IMG/VR virus record: IMGVR_UViG_3300044641_009318
DNA length: 64,000 nucleotides
DNA from: an uncultured virus (IMG/VR IMGVR_UViG_3300044641_009318)
Lineage: Duplodnaviria > Heunggongvirae > Uroviricota > Caudoviricetes
Reading direction: 5' to 3' (one strand)
Both the position numbers and the translations under genes were made by a program. The number at the start of each line of letters is the position of its first letter. The first letter of the stretch is position 1. The notes beneath the pieces were generated by a model. The model was not told the DNA's origin, searched no databases, and saw only the letters and a list, made by a program, of their open reading frames with translations. Of this stretch, positions 48,299 through 58,193 are shown one piece after another.

Positions 48299-48592
48299 AT
48301 GGCTACACTTAACTTCTCCGTTGCTTACAACACAACTTTGGAATCGGTACAAGGGATGACACCAAACATTCAGGTTTATGCTGATGGGATTAACGACTGT
48401 TCAATTTGTCAAAATGATACGGGAAGTTGTTGGGCTTGTTTATCAACTGACCAACAGGTATTCTCGAACCCTGAGCTTACTTCTCCTGTTGCCGATGGAT
48501 ATTATATGGTAATTTACACAATTAACGGTTCTCAAGAAGCGATATGGCACATCGTGGGAGGTTACCCTCAAGGTGGTGGATTCTACAACTAA
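48299..48592 (+). CDS. small Cys-containing hypothetical protein
   Basis: 97 aa; TATTTAT at 48277; terminator follows. Confidence 0.65.
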   Translation: MATLNFSVAYNTTLESVQGMTPNIQVYADGINDCSICQNDTGSCWACLSTDQQVFSNPELTSPVADGYYMVIYTINGSQEAIWHIVGGYPQGGGFYN

Positions 48593-48612
48593 TATTTACG
48601 AAGAAAAAAAAT

Positions 48613-48638
48613 GACCCTCACGAAAGTGGGGGTTTTTT
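48613..48638 (+). terminator. Rho-independent terminator
   Basis: ACCCTCAC-GAAA-GTGGGGGT-TTTTT. Confidence 0.8.
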
Positions 48639-48686
48639 ATTTTGGGGAGAATTTGACACTGGGTTTTTTTCTGTTATGATTGAGGT

Positions 48687-48926
48687 ATGAAGATAAAACT
48701 ACCTCCATTCTTGGACTTCGGTTTTCGGGTGATAACCGTATTCCTTATTATGTTTCTGTCATTAAAAGGGGACCTTTTTGTTTTTGGTATGATGAATGTT
48801 CAAGACTCTATCAAATTTGGTTTGGGTGTCTCACTTTTTCTTGCCAATAACATCTTGGCTCTTTTTCTTATCTATGAACTTGCCATTTCAACTATCAACA
48901 AACACATCAAAAACAACTCAAAATGA
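48687..48926 (+). CDS. membrane hypothetical protein
   Basis: Two hydrophobic helices; promoter-like TATGATTG 4 nt before the ATG. Confidence 0.65.
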   Translation: MKIKLPPFLDFGFRVITVFLIMFLSLKGDLFVFGMMNVQDSIKFGLGVSLFLANNILALFLIYELAISTINKHIKNNSK

Positions 48927-49321
48927 AAATCTTCTTACTATCTTTTTTCTTTTTGATTTCCACACTCACCACATTTGGTCAGGAAAACAAAATACGATAC
49001 ATGAGAGCCCAAAACGTCTCAATGGGTGTACGACCCGATGAAAATTCCGCAGTTTCATCTTGGATACTTGATGGACAGGAATGTAATATTCTTATTGAAT
49101 TACATCCCACCAAAGTTATTATCTACAGTAAGAAAACTCAAACATACAGAATTGTTTCACAATTACCAACTGAGGGAAATACATTCGGTTGGTTCTGCAA
49201 GGACGAGGATGGTATTTCTTGTCATTTTAAAATGATTTCAGACCCTCAGTACTCAGGTTTGATGGTACTTGCGGTCGAATACAACGATGCTGTGTGGTTT
49301 TATATTGCATCACACGAATAA
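48923..49321 (+). CDS. secreted hypothetical protein
   Basis: Signal peptide ending TFG-Q, typical of Bacteroidota. Confidence 0.7.
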   Translation: MKIFLLSFFFLISTLTTFGQENKIRYMRAQNVSMGVRPDENSAVSSWILDGQECNILIELHPTKVIIYSKKTQTYRIVSQLPTEGNTFGWFCKDEDGISCHFKMISDPQYSGLMVLAVEYNDAVWFYIASHE

Positions 49322-49347
49322 ACTAAAAACAAACAATATTTATCAAT

Positions 49348-49476
49348 ATGACACTTCAAGAAGCACAACAAATTTTGAGAGAGAATGGGAGAGGTTCTTG
49401 TACATGTAAGTACGGGAGTGAGGCTAACTTAATTGCAGAAGCCCAAAAACTTGTTTCTCAACCGCCGCAAGAGTAA
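49348..49476 (+). CDS. small hypothetical protein (42 aa)
   Basis: Manual translation MTLQEAQQILRENGRGSCTCKYG...; TATTTAT upstream, terminator downstream. Confidence 0.5.
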   Translation: MTLQEAQQILRENGRGSCTCKYGSEANLIAEAQKLVSQPPQE

Positions 49477-49631
49477 TCTAAAAAACTCACGACAAGTGGG
49501 TTTTTTTCTTACCTGATATTTAAATTCTTTATGAATTTTGTTTTTATCTTTCCTGACCAAATGATAAAGTTCAGGTTTGATAATACTTTCGTTTTTGTCT
49601 TTATTCATTAGTTTTTTATAAAAATATAAAT

Positions 49632-49778
49632 ATGTTTTGGAATATTGTAATTGGTTTTGTAATTGGATTTTGGGTTATTATTTTTGTTGGTGAATGGTTC
49701 ACACAAAAATATCGTAAAACCAAATTTGGTAATTGGTGGAGAAAATATGTAATCGAGGACATCGATGAACTGGATTGA
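49632..49778 (+). CDS. small membrane protein (48 aa)
   Basis: Manual translation MFWNIVIGFVIGFWVIIFVGEWF...FGNWWRKYVI. Confidence 0.55.
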   Translation: MFWNIVIGFVIGFWVIIFVGEWFTQKYRKTKFGNWWRKYVIEDIDELD

Positions 49779-50688
49779 GATTTTTACTTTTGACATTGTC
49801 GGTGACAAATATCGTATAACTTATTTAGGGGACAAACCAATTTCGGTTTATTTTACAACTCACTTAATAGGTTTCAATAGTCCATTTAGAACGATACGTT
49901 TTAATTTTGATGTGAAGGGTAGATGGTTCATACCGGTTTTGAATTATAAAGGATGTTCTTTTATTTCGGTTTCAAATTCAAAAACGAAAGAAACGCTTTT
50001 TTCAAAAATAATTGACAAAAATTTGAGTTGTGGTCGAAAAGGTCAAAACATCATATGTGTAGGTTTGAATAAATCAGGTACATCCTCATTCACGTCTGCT
50101 ATGGAAAGTTTCGGTTATCAATCTTTCTCAGAGAATCAACAATTTCAATTTGTTGCTCCCGAAGTATATCATGGAGATTATGGGAAATTATTTTCCATAC
50201 TAAACAACCCACAGTTTAATTTATTCAACGACAAACCTTTTTCTTTTCCGAAAATTTACCAAGAAATTTATAAACAAAGACCTAACGACGTTTATGTTTT
50301 AACATTGAGAAAAGATGCACAAACTTGGGTAAAAAGTGTTTTGAATTTTTATGATTCTATTCATCACAAAAATCTATTGAAAGATAGTTCTTTTATGACA
50401 ACAACATTCACGGATGAAAGTTTCAGATATCTTCTCAATCCCTTGGTTACTTTGTTTGACAGTTGGGGATTAGAAAACAAAGATAATTTGAATAATAAAC
50501 TTGTTGAGATTTATGAAAAACACAAAGAAGATTGTGTTGAGTTTTTTAAAGGCAAACCGAACAATTTCAAAATCGTTGAGATAGAAAAAAAAGGTGAATT
50601 CAAAAGATTCACTAATTGGTTAGGTATAGAAAACTCAATTGAAGATTTTCCTTGGGAAAATAAAAATCACAAGGGGTTACATTCATAA
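49765..50688 (+). CDS. sulfotransferase-family P-loop protein
   Basis: ICVGLNKSGTSS, D.PF, VLTLRKDAQTWVKSV, FPWENK. Confidence 0.7.
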   Translation: MNWIEIFTFDIVGDKYRITYLGDKPISVYFTTHLIGFNSPFRTIRFNFDVKGRWFIPVLNYKGCSFISVSNSKTKETLFSKIIDKNLSCGRKGQNIICVGLNKSGTSSFTSAMESFGYQSFSENQQFQFVAPEVYHGDYGKLFSILNNPQFNLFNDKPFSFPKIYQEIYKQRPNDVYVLTLRKDAQTWVKSVLNFYDSIHHKNLLKDSSFMTTTFTDESFRYLLNPLVTLFDSWGLENKDNLNNKLVEIYEKHKEDCVEFFKGKPNNFKIVEIEKKGEFKRFTNWLGIENSIEDFPWENKNHKGLHS

Positions 50689-51125
50689 GATTTCAACATT
50701 CTCCTACAATTTTTAATCAAAAATTCGGGGCAGTCAGGTAAGTTGAGTAAAAAACTCAATTCGTAACTGTAACAAATACATTCTTCTTCTTTTTCATTTA
50801 AAACAATTTTGTTTTGAACCATAATCAGGTGCATGGTTTCATGAACCAAAGCTGAAGCGATATTTTCAATCGAGTTACTCTTCATATCAAAATTTCCTAA
50901 TACAATTGTATGGGTTCCTTCAATTGTAGAAAATCTTCCATCGAAAAATGTGATGTGTTTACAGTGCTTGATTAAATAATCGTATTTTTGTTTATCAGTT
51001 TTTTTTATTAGTCGAATTGCTTGTTCGACTTTGGGTTGCCAATTATCACCAACTTGGTCAATTTTGATTTGACTCAAGAGTTGAAAATTTATTAAAGTGA
51101 ATAAAAAGAATAGAAGGGTTCTCAT
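50667..51125 (-). CDS. secreted HExxH metalloprotease-like protein
   Basis: Signal peptide; LVHETMHL..EEE. Confidence 0.65.
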   Translation of the reverse strand: MRTLLFFLFTLINFQLLSQIKIDQVGDNWQPKVEQAIRLIKKTDKQKYDYLIKHCKHITFFDGRFSTIEGTHTIVLGNFDMKSNSIENIASALVHETMHLIMVQNKIVLNEKEEECICYSYELSFLLNLPDCPEFLIKNCRRMLKSYECNPL

Positions 51126-51154
51126 AGTATTTATAAGTACTAATCTACATAACT

Positions 51155-53047
51155 ATGAGAAAACTTTTTTTCCTGCTTTTAGCGGGACTAATAAGTGGGA
51201 CAGGGTATTCACAAACATGCCCGATACCCACAACAACAGGGGCTCATTTGACTCTAGACGCTAGTTACCAAACAGGTACTTACTCGAGGGGAAAAACTGA
51301 TGTCAGTCTTTGTTTCAATAACAGTTCGGCGGAAAATATTACCGCAGTACAGTTCAGAGTATTTTATGATGTTCAAGCCTTTTCAGGTGTCGACACCGTA
51401 GAATCTTTGAATACGACATTTACACAATACCTACAATATCAAGATAACCCTTCAGGTGGATATGTTACCCTAACACTTACGTACACAGGAAATAATTCAT
51501 CATTTACCATTCCTAATGGACAGTTATTCAAAATCACATACAACCACAAACCTGCTTTAGCAACTACCTACTTCAATGTCAGTAGTATGACATTTGTTGG
51601 TACTAATCTTTTTCCCGAAACGGCGACAAAACAAAATGGTACAGATTACACTTTGAGTTTAACAAATTTTGGTGGGGCGTTTCTCCCCAACAAATTTACG
51701 TTTGGTGGAAAATTTGTTAACGTCACGGGAACACCCGCTAAAAATATCAATGTAGTGTTAGAGAAAAAACTCAAATCTTCATCTTCATGGAGTTCAGTTC
51801 AAACTCAACAAGCAGGACTCGATGGTAGATTTAGTTTCGCTGACATTGAAGTTGATACCACTGCTTGGGATGTCAGAATCAATGTTAAAGGTGATACTTT
51901 AAGTGTTGGTAATGTAGTATCAGTAAGTGATGCTCAACAAATCAATCAATTTGTTTTGGGACAGCAAACTCTTTCAGGATTCGATTTTTATTCATCTGAT
52001 GTAAATGGAGATAACAAGATTAATATATCTGACGTTTATGGAGTTTACGCTAGAGTTTCAGGTAGATTTACCTCTTGGGCTAATAACGTTCCTGAAGTTA
52101 AATTCTTTACTGAATCCGAATATACTACGGTTAACGGCTCAAGTACTTCACAACAAACATCGATTCCTGGTGTTACAAACTTCACCTTCGACTTAGTTTC
52201 GGGTCAACCTGACTCGGTAATTTATTATGTCTTGGTACCTGGTGATGCTAACGGAACAGGATTCAAAAGAGCTCGTTTGACACCAATCGAAATCATTAAT
52301 CCAAACAATGCAAACCAACACATTATTGACGTTACCACCGAGTACGACAATAACGTCCCTTCAATCGAAATTAATTTTCCAACTTTAGGGGTTATGGAAG
52401 GTGACATTGTGGAAGTTCCCGTAAGTTTAAAGTCAACCAATCCAATTGGTTCGCTACAAATTTCTATGAAATATGACTCTGATTTATTGGAGTTTATTTC
52501 ATTAGAAAATGAACTAAAATCATCGTATTGGATGTCTTGGGTAAACCCTCAAAACAATGAAATTGAGTGGGGAGGTTTTGACCCTTCTAACAATCAGAAC
52601 TTAGTTCAAAATGGTGAAATACTTTTTACTTTGAAGTTTAGTGCGAAGGAAGTCCAAACGGATTGGAATAAAAGTCCCCTATACATTACAAGAAAGTTCG
52701 CGGGAAACACTTTGGCAAAAGATTTAAAAATTACACCAACGGACGGTATTCTTCAAATTCTAAAAACCGATGGGTTAGATTATATGGGTGATAAGACCTT
52801 TGTTGTGTTTCCTAATCCAACTACCGGACCACAGACCTCTACATTTAAAATCTTGAAAAAGACTCACGTACTTCTTGGAGTTTATGATATCAACGGAAAA
52901 AAATACTTCGAAATTCTAAATGGAACTTATCCAATCGGAGTATATTCTCAAACTTACGACTTGGGGACTTTAGCGTCAGGAAATTATTTGGTGATGTTGA
53001 ACACAAATGAAGAAGTTTTGGTAGAAAAAGTAGGAAAAGTAAAATAA
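51155..53047 (+). CDS. secreted cohesin/dockerin-domain protein with T9SS type A C-terminal domain
   Basis: Signal peptide; cohesin-like AVQFRVFYD and SLQISMKYDSDLLEF; dockerin DVNGDNKINISDV; CTD VFPNPTTG..VYDINGK..LASGNYLV. Confidence 0.8.
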   Translation: MRKLFFLLLAGLISGTGYSQTCPIPTTTGAHLTLDASYQTGTYSRGKTDVSLCFNNSSAENITAVQFRVFYDVQAFSGVDTVESLNTTFTQYLQYQDNPSGGYVTLTLTYTGNNSSFTIPNGQLFKITYNHKPALATTYFNVSSMTFVGTNLFPETATKQNGTDYTLSLTNFGGAFLPNKFTFGGKFVNVTGTPAKNINVVLEKKLKSSSSWSSVQTQQAGLDGRFSFADIEVDTTAWDVRINVKGDTLSVGNVVSVSDAQQINQFVLGQQTLSGFDFYSSDVNGDNKINISDVYGVYARVSGRFTSWANNVPEVKFFTESEYTTVNGSSTSQQTSIPGVTNFTFDLVSGQPDSVIYYVLVPGDANGTGFKRARLTPIEIINPNNANQHIIDVTTEYDNNVPSIEINFPTLGVMEGDIVEVPVSLKSTNPIGSLQISMKYDSDLLEFISLENELKSSYWMSWVNPQNNEIEWGGFDPSNNQNLVQNGEILFTLKFSAKEVQTDWNKSPLYITRKFAGNTLAKDLKITPTDGILQILKTDGLDYMGDKTFVVFPNPTTGPQTSTFKILKKTHVLLGVYDINGKKYFEILNGTYPIGVYSQTYDLGTLASGNYLVMLNTNEEVLVEKVGKVK

Positions 53048-53050
53048 AAT

Positions 53051-53077
53051 CTTGAGGTCTCAAATTGAGACCTCAAG
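53051..53077. repeat. perfect intergenic inverted repeat without a U-tail
   Basis: CTTGAGGTCTCA-AAT-TGAGACCTCAAG. Confidence 0.8.
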
Positions 53078-53119
53078 TTAGCCCAATAAAAACAATAAAC
53101 CCAATTAAATTTCAAAATC

Positions 53120-53428
53120 ATGTCAGAAGAACAAGAAAATGACGGAACCTTGTCAGGTTTAAAAAAGACAATAATCGGAACTATTGCTACAGTTGTTACA
53201 GGCGGTGGTGTTTGGCTTTCTACCATGTTATTTGGTGGCGGAGCTGAAGAAGCTCCTACTCAACAAGCGGCACCTGCACCTGTAGTTGTAAATGTTCAAC
53301 AAAATCAAGAGAACACTCAGCAACAAAAAGGAGGGACTAACACAATTGTAAAGGAAACCATCAAAGAGGTTCCTGCTCAACCTGTTAAAGAGGAGAAGAA
53401 AAGTGAGAGTGAAGACGCACCTTGGTAA
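53120..53428 (+). CDS. single-pass membrane protein with Q/P-rich tail
   Basis: TIIGTIATVVTGGGVWLSTMLFGG helix. Confidence 0.7.
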   Translation: MSEEQENDGTLSGLKKTIIGTIATVVTGGGVWLSTMLFGGGAEEAPTQQAAPAPVVVNVQQNQENTQQQKGGTNTIVKETIKEVPAQPVKEEKKSESEDAPW

Positions 53429-54131
53429 ATTATTACTTCCATTCTTTTTAGTTGTTGGACTTCAGTCTTTTGGACAACCAATTGGTTCGGTCAAGACTGA
53501 AGAATTTACCGCTGACTTTGAAAAGAAAAAGTCTTTGGATGCTCTTCCACCCTACAATGGGACCGTTCAAATACCAATTCAAATCTTGAAAATCGGAATC
53601 AGTGAAGATGTGTACGAAATGTATCCTGAACTAAAAGATGCGAGGGTCGGGATGGGTGTTACTAACATTGTTTTGGAATATTTGGAGGAGACTCAAAGAT
53701 TCATCTTCACTGAAGATAAGTTAGAAATCAAAGAAAGAATGGTTCAACAATTCAAGGCTTCCGCAAAAGGCTTTACTGAAAACCAAGTCGATGGTAAAGG
53801 TAAAATCAAATTGGCAGAATACTTTGTTTACATAGAAGTTTATGATTTCTCGGTTGGTGAGGATGAAGTTGTTGAAATTTCAGGGGTAACCATCAAACAA
53901 GTCACTCAGTTAGGTCTACAGATAAGATTTGTGGATGCCGAATCGGGTGAAGTGATAACAGGTTCAGGACAAGGTAGGGCAACTACTACTAAAACCTCAA
54001 CAACCTTAGGAGATTTAGAAGGACCTGTATTTAATAAATCAACTGTCGGAGTTTCTACAAAAAAAGCTTTGGAAACTGCTTCAGTAAGAGTTGTAGAAAA
54101 ACTCATCAAAAAAGGTAAACTTGTAAATTAA
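53403..54131 (+). CDS. CsgG/HfaB-like protein
   Basis: GMGVTNIVLEYLEETQRF; EVYDFSV; LGLQIRFVDAESGEVITGSG; KKALETA. Confidence 0.65.
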   Translation: MRVKTHLGKLLLPFFLVVGLQSFGQPIGSVKTEEFTADFEKKKSLDALPPYNGTVQIPIQILKIGISEDVYEMYPELKDARVGMGVTNIVLEYLEETQRFIFTEDKLEIKERMVQQFKASAKGFTENQVDGKGKIKLAEYFVYIEVYDFSVGEDEVVEISGVTIKQVTQLGLQIRFVDAESGEVITGSGQGRATTTKTSTTLGDLEGPVFNKSTVGVSTKKALETASVRVVEKLIKKGKLVN

Positions 54132-54132
54132 T

Positions 54133-54474
54133 ATGTCATTAAAAAATTTCTTTTCAAGTAATGAATACGTTAAGGTGGACGATAAAAATCGTTTTTATTT
54201 CATGCTTCAACAAATGCAATCAAATAGATGGAGAATCACCGTCATTGTATTATTTCTATTTTTCTTCATCATTTTTGGTATTAATCTAGCAACGTTTACA
54301 GGAGTTGACATTCATCAAGATTGGAACGAAATGTTGTTAATCCTATTAGGTGCTTTTGTTGGTAACTTAAATAAAGTTGTTGACTATTGGTTTAACTCAG
54401 AGGACCGTGATAAAATGTTAGTTCAGAAGGTTGACGAGGAAGATGGTGAAACGCTTTCTAACACAGGAGAATGA
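54133..54474 (+). CDS. two-TM membrane protein
   Basis: Two hydrophobic helices; LLGAFVGNLNKVVDYWF. Confidence 0.7.
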   Translation: MSLKNFFSSNEYVKVDDKNRFYFMLQQMQSNRWRITVIVLFLFFFIIFGINLATFTGVDIHQDWNEMLLILLGAFVGNLNKVVDYWFNSEDRDKMLVQKVDEEDGETLSNTGE

Positions 54475-55955
54475 AAAAACTTTTAGTAATATTATCCCTT
54501 ATTTTTACTTCAAATCTTTTTGGACAGGGGTTCACATATTCTTATGTGGACCCTTGTTCCAAGGAGACAAAAGTTCTGAATGTTAATTCCAATCAATTGA
54601 TAACCGTCAATTACTTAGGAAACATCAGTAGTTTTAGCCAATCTGATTTCCTGAATGGTAACTTTGACAATTGGATTAATCAAATACAATCCCAAGCCGC
54701 TAACCAACCATGTGATGAGTTACTTACCAACACCCAATCATCACAGAATATGTTTATAACTCAAAATTTAATATCTACTTTAACAAGTATTACAGCCAGT
54801 TCAACCATGACAGCATCAAATGCTGTTGCAAATTCCGTAGGTAATTCCAATTCAGGAAACGGAAACTCTCGTAGAGGTAACAACTCTTCGAATAATCAAC
54901 AAAATACGAATTCAAATGGAACAACTAATAATTCTCAAGGAAATTCATCAAATAATGCGACGTCTCAGAACGGAGGAACTAACCAAGGAACAAACCAATC
55001 TTCTTCATCTACAAATGGAACAGGAAATAATCAAGAAGGAGGAACAACTAACCAATCAAATAATGTTCCTCAAGGGGGAAGTGGAACGTCTCAGCGGTCT
55101 GTAAACCCCTCAAGTCAAGGAAATACACATTCTGGCTCAAATACGGGTCAGAATAGTGGTGGTAACACCCAATCGGGTTCGAACACTTCTCAAGGACAAT
55201 CTCAAGGACAAAATGTTCCTGATGGTTCGACAAAACAAAATGAAAGTTCAGGTGGAGGCACAGGAGGAACGACAAACTCAGTTTCGAATGCTGTTTCATC
55301 ATCGGGTGGTAAATCAGGAGGAAGGGCAAACGTAGGAAGTGTTATAGGAACTGGTGATATTGTTGCAATCAGAGTAAATGAAGACAAGAGTAGTCAACTC
55401 AGAGGTACAATGTCAGTAACAAAATCCAATACAAACAATACCCGAGCAAAAGGGCTCCTATTGAACTTTACTTCAACTGTAAACAACACAAATCTTACTC
55501 TTTATGGGGCATTCAACAATACGAAAAGGACTAACACCTTTATTATTGCTAATTCATCGATGATTGACTTTGAAAGAAACTTTTTCAACACTACAACGAT
55601 GATGGACTCAAAAAAAATTGGTAAGACGGCATTTATGGGTGGTTTGAATTTTACGGTTGGTGGTTTGGGGGGTGAAGTATTTACCAACCTTTCAGCTGTT
55701 GGTGGCGGTTTCCATCCATTTAAATTGAGTCAGAAAATATCAGGTAACATTTTGGTTTTAGGGGTATATTCACCATTCACAAAGTTTTACGAGGGTAAAT
55801 GGTGGGATTCAGGGCTTTTGATAGTTCCTTTTTCTTCATGGGATTATACTATATCTAAGAACTTTAAGTACAACATAAGTTTATCTGGTACTTATGAATT
55901 TAAGGGAAGCGTTTTACAGTTCCAAGTATTAACAGGAGGGAAAATATTATTATGA
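54471..55955 (+). CDS. secreted protein with N/Q/S/G-rich low-complexity region and probable C-terminal beta-barrel
   Basis: Signal peptide; ~170 aa N/Q/S/G/T-rich stretch; amphipathic beta-strand C-terminus. Confidence 0.7.
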   Translation: MKKLLVILSLIFTSNLFGQGFTYSYVDPCSKETKVLNVNSNQLITVNYLGNISSFSQSDFLNGNFDNWINQIQSQAANQPCDELLTNTQSSQNMFITQNLISTLTSITASSTMTASNAVANSVGNSNSGNGNSRRGNNSSNNQQNTNSNGTTNNSQGNSSNNATSQNGGTNQGTNQSSSSTNGTGNNQEGGTTNQSNNVPQGGSGTSQRSVNPSSQGNTHSGSNTGQNSGGNTQSGSNTSQGQSQGQNVPDGSTKQNESSGGGTGGTTNSVSNAVSSSGGKSGGRANVGSVIGTGDIVAIRVNEDKSSQLRGTMSVTKSNTNNTRAKGLLLNFTSTVNNTNLTLYGAFNNTKRTNTFIIANSSMIDFERNFFNTTTMMDSKKIGKTAFMGGLNFTVGGLGGEVFTNLSAVGGGFHPFKLSQKISGNILVLGVYSPFTKFYEGKWWDSGLLIVPFSSWDYTISKNFKYNISLSGTYEFKGSVLQFQVLTGGKILL

Positions 55956-56404
55956 AAAACTTTATTTTGATTTCAATTATTAGCTTATTAACTGTTCCGA
56001 GTTTTGCACAAAATTGTTACTCGGTTTTCAAGGTTGAAAACTTAACAGAAAATCCTGATTTGTCTTCGAAGAAATTTGTTTTTGGATTGAAACAATTGAC
56101 TGAGGAACTTATGGGGGAAAAATTTACAATCTGTGAACAAGGTTTACCGATTCACGTTTCTATAACTTCTATAGAGGCACCAACAGTTGGAATCAACATT
56201 GGTCCTTTTATGATTAAAAAAAAGAATACAATTGTTAAAGTGATTATTCAGAAAGACGGGATTGAATATTCAGGAGAAGGTTCTGCTAAGTTGTCAGTAA
56301 AAGCGAGTTTTGCAGAACTCAGAGATGAGAACCTACCATTCGAAAAATCAACATTCGCAAGTGCGGTAAAAAAGGCGTTAGAGGTTTCTGTTTCTAAGAT
56401 GTGA
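55952..56404 (+). CDS. secreted hypothetical protein (possible CsgG-like fold)
   Basis: Signal peptide; FGLKQLTEELM..FEKSTFASAVKKALE resembles the end of 53403..54131 (FNKSTVGVSTKKALE). Confidence 0.6.
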   Translation: MKNFILISIISLLTVPSFAQNCYSVFKVENLTENPDLSSKKFVFGLKQLTEELMGEKFTICEQGLPIHVSITSIEAPTVGINIGPFMIKKKNTIVKVIIQKDGIEYSGEGSAKLSVKASFAELRDENLPFEKSTFASAVKKALEVSVSKM

Positions 56405-57591
56405 TGAAAGGATTTTTGATAGTCATATCATTCTTTTTATTTGGCGTTCTACATGGTCAAGAATTTACGTTCTCGGGTTATGTTTATGATGCTGACCAAA
56501 CAGGTGTTGCCAATGTTCCTGTAGAACTCTATACACGGTCCATATCAAATTATCAAATAAATGAACCAACTTACTCCAATTATAGTTTTACTGGAGGAGC
56601 GTCTTTAGCGGGATGTGACGATTGTGTTCAAGGTCCATACAACATAGGTTTTACATTCAATTATTTTGGAAACAACTACACTCAATTTTACGTTAGTTCA
56701 AATGGTTGGATAGGTTTTTCTGCGGGACAAACCAATGGATATACCGCTCAATTTCTACCCAACGGAGGTGCACCTAAAAACGCAATTCTGGCGGATTGGG
56801 AGGATTTATTACCCAACACAGGTAATATGAACTACTACACCACAGGAACCGCTCCGAACAGAGTATTAGTATTCAACTTTAACAACGTGCCACACTATGG
56901 TTGTAGGTCTAATCTCCACACTTTTCAAATTGTTTTATTCGAAACCACAAATGTTATTGATGTAAACTTTCAATCAAAACCTTTATGTGGGGGTAACGGA
57001 GCAACACTCGGATTAACTAACATCGATGGGGGGAAGGTCGTTCCTGTTGGCGGTAAAAACGCCAGTGCTTGGTCTATTTTAACGCCACAAAAGTATCGTT
57101 TCAGTCCCTCAGTAGTATCAAATGAATTTGTTTTGAATCGTTCAGTTATGACTAACTCACAAGGGAGATATCAGTTCTTAACAACAGGATTAGATGTGAA
57201 TAATTTTGAGTTTAGGGTACAGTTTACGGCGCCAATTCCCACCCAACAATTTACAAATAATGATGGTAAAAGAATAAGTGACATTGTTTTCGGTTTGGTT
57301 GGGACTAATGGTTTGAATTATTATCGTTTTGACTTGAATAATGATGGAAAAATAAATGTTTCTGACCAATATTTTTTGTTTGGTTTGAAATCGGGTTTAA
57401 TAACCACACCTATTGTGCCGAGGTCTTCTATTTTCACTCCAAGTGAATTTATCTCAATAACAAATTCAACGACAAACGTTCGTTCATTATACCCAGGTTC
57501 TTTGTCTATAATGACGGGAAATCTAACCCGTGGGGGTTCACAAAACTTCTACATAATTACACCTGGATATTCAGGTAAAGTAAATTTCTAA
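56401..57591 (+). CDS. secreted dockerin-containing protein
   Basis: Signal peptide; FSGYVYD..GVANVPVEL; IGFTFNYFGNNYTQFYVSSNGWIGF; dockerin DLNNDGKINVSDQ. Confidence 0.75.
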   Translation: MMKGFLIVISFFLFGVLHGQEFTFSGYVYDADQTGVANVPVELYTRSISNYQINEPTYSNYSFTGGASLAGCDDCVQGPYNIGFTFNYFGNNYTQFYVSSNGWIGFSAGQTNGYTAQFLPNGGAPKNAILADWEDLLPNTGNMNYYTTGTAPNRVLVFNFNNVPHYGCRSNLHTFQIVLFETTNVIDVNFQSKPLCGGNGATLGLTNIDGGKVVPVGGKNASAWSILTPQKYRFSPSVVSNEFVLNRSVMTNSQGRYQFLTTGLDVNNFEFRVQFTAPIPTQQFTNNDGKRISDIVFGLVGTNGLNYYRFDLNNDGKINVSDQYFLFGLKSGLITTPIVPRSSIFTPSEFISITNSTTNVRSLYPGSLSIMTGNLTRGGSQNFYIITPGYSGKVNF

Positions 57592-57593
57592 CT

Positions 57594-58193
57594 ATGAAAA
57601 CTATAACTAATATTTCATTGATGTTTGGTGTTTTTGTTTTGTTCGTATCGAACATTACAATGACAGACGTATTGATAAAAAAACCAATTTATGAGGTCTA
57701 TTATTCCCAAAAATTAGAACAACCACTTTGGTTATCTTATGAATCAACAAATCGTCCGACAAATGTCAACAGAGGTTCCATGGATTTTTACGCTGAAAAA
57801 AACATTAAGACCTCGGACCACCAAGATTACGCTAAAAATGTTTACGATAAAGGACATTTGGCACCTGCGGCAACCTTTAGTGATAATATGGAAAATCTAA
57901 AAACAACCTTCTCGTATTTAAACTGTGCTCTTCAAGACCAATATTTGAATCGTGGTGAATGGAGACTTTTAGAGGAACAAGAAAGAAAATGGGATGACAA
58001 GGAAAACCTTTTTATAAAAATTACCTTAAACTATGATAAGACTTCAATAGTACTTCCAACTAACGCAACTGTACCTGACGGGTTTACAAAGCACATTTTT
58101 TTCAAGAACTCAAAGGAATGGAAATGTTATCACTTCCCAAACAAAAAACCTGAAAAAGGTTGGGAGGAACACAAGATTGTCTGTAAACATTAA
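57594..58193 (+). CDS. DNA/RNA non-specific endonuclease (NucA-like)
   Basis: YDKGHLAPAA, TFSYLNCALQ, LNRGEWRLLEEQER. Confidence 0.9.
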   Translation: MKTITNISLMFGVFVLFVSNITMTDVLIKKPIYEVYYSQKLEQPLWLSYESTNRPTNVNRGSMDFYAEKNIKTSDHQDYAKNVYDKGHLAPAATFSDNMENLKTTFSYLNCALQDQYLNRGEWRLLEEQERKWDDKENLFIKITLNYDKTSIVLPTNATVPDGFTKHIFFKNSKEWKCYHFPNKKPEKGWEEHKIVCKH

